Shown here piece by piece: positions 63,515 through 64,000 of a stretch of DNA of 64,000 nt. The notes under the pieces were generated by a model. It ran no database searches. It was not told where the DNA came from and saw only the letters and a program-made list of their open reading frames with translations. Where the stretch lies: NCBI GenBank assembly GCA_964016885.1, contig OZ024741.1, positions 108,190,001-108,254,000 of the forward strand. Reading direction: 5' to 3'. Origin of the DNA: Eledone cirrhosa (lineage: Eukaryota). Every line of letters starts with the position of its first letter. Positions within the stretch are counted from its first letter, which is position 1. A program made the translations under genes and the position numbers.

Positions 63515-64000
63515 TATTTTCTATTGTTCACTAGGGCATAATCATAGAGAACTATACAAAACAGGAACAATAGGGCTTTATATAAAACGTGTAAAAATAG
63601 ACATCAGGTCGCAATTAACAATAAATTAATAATAACAAAATTCCCTAACAGGAGTACCAACAAGGGGTTACTTAGAAACCCCTCAGATCCTAAGCCACGC
63701 CAATCTTCACGAGCCCCTCTCCGTTCTAAACTCTTCAGCCTACAGGCACGTGGTAAGATTAGTCCCATGCACTCGCATCATTTTCGTTACATTTACACAT
63801 CTTTTAACATATGTACAGGGGATGCAGCACTTTCCTCTCCCCTCTCAGCTTCCTTTCCAAGTGAAACTTGAAAAATTTGATGAGGATTTGGGCGATGGTG
63901 AAAGTGTCTATCTTCAATGTTTTCTGTCACATCCACCATACAACATCTTTTGCTACAGTCACCAAACAGAGGAAAATTGTCATACCGTCTATAGGAAGAA
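63515..64000 (-). mobile_element. Diverged Tx1-like LINE 3' end
   Basis: Encodes AKDVVWWM and IKFFKFHLERK on -; ends at (TAA)n. Confidence 0.7.

Overview
Repeat-saturated eukaryotic DNA with no recognisable host gene. The SINE family and the (TA)n density suggest an octopod cephalopod (inference). Contents: (i) five partial Penelope-like elements (PLEs; RT and/or C-terminal GIY-YIG) and about 12 short non-coding PLE/retrozyme-like units, mostly in (TA)n tracts and often with an inverted (fold-back) 5' arm; (ii) about 14 canonical minimal hammerhead motifs, most with a palindromic or near-palindromic stem III, including U3-A8 and U4C core variants; (iii) Tx1/L1-clade LINEs (one near-intact, 43129-49027) and R4/Dong LINEs sharing (TAA)n tracts; (iv) RTE and CRE fragments, a Helitron with both termini, and many tRNA-type SINEs. 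Main observation: five copies, in two related tandem-repeat families (28316, 29121, 41136, 51653, 52292), of a ~66-nt motif holding all hammerhead catalytic nucleotides in a strand order that is not a type I/II/III circular permutation: NUH strand, then GAAA strand, then CUGANGA strand. Stems I and III therefore cross as a pseudoknot, and stem III extends through a canonical kink-turn. The helices covary between families. All structures were read by eye, none was computed or tested, and many element boundaries are approximate.
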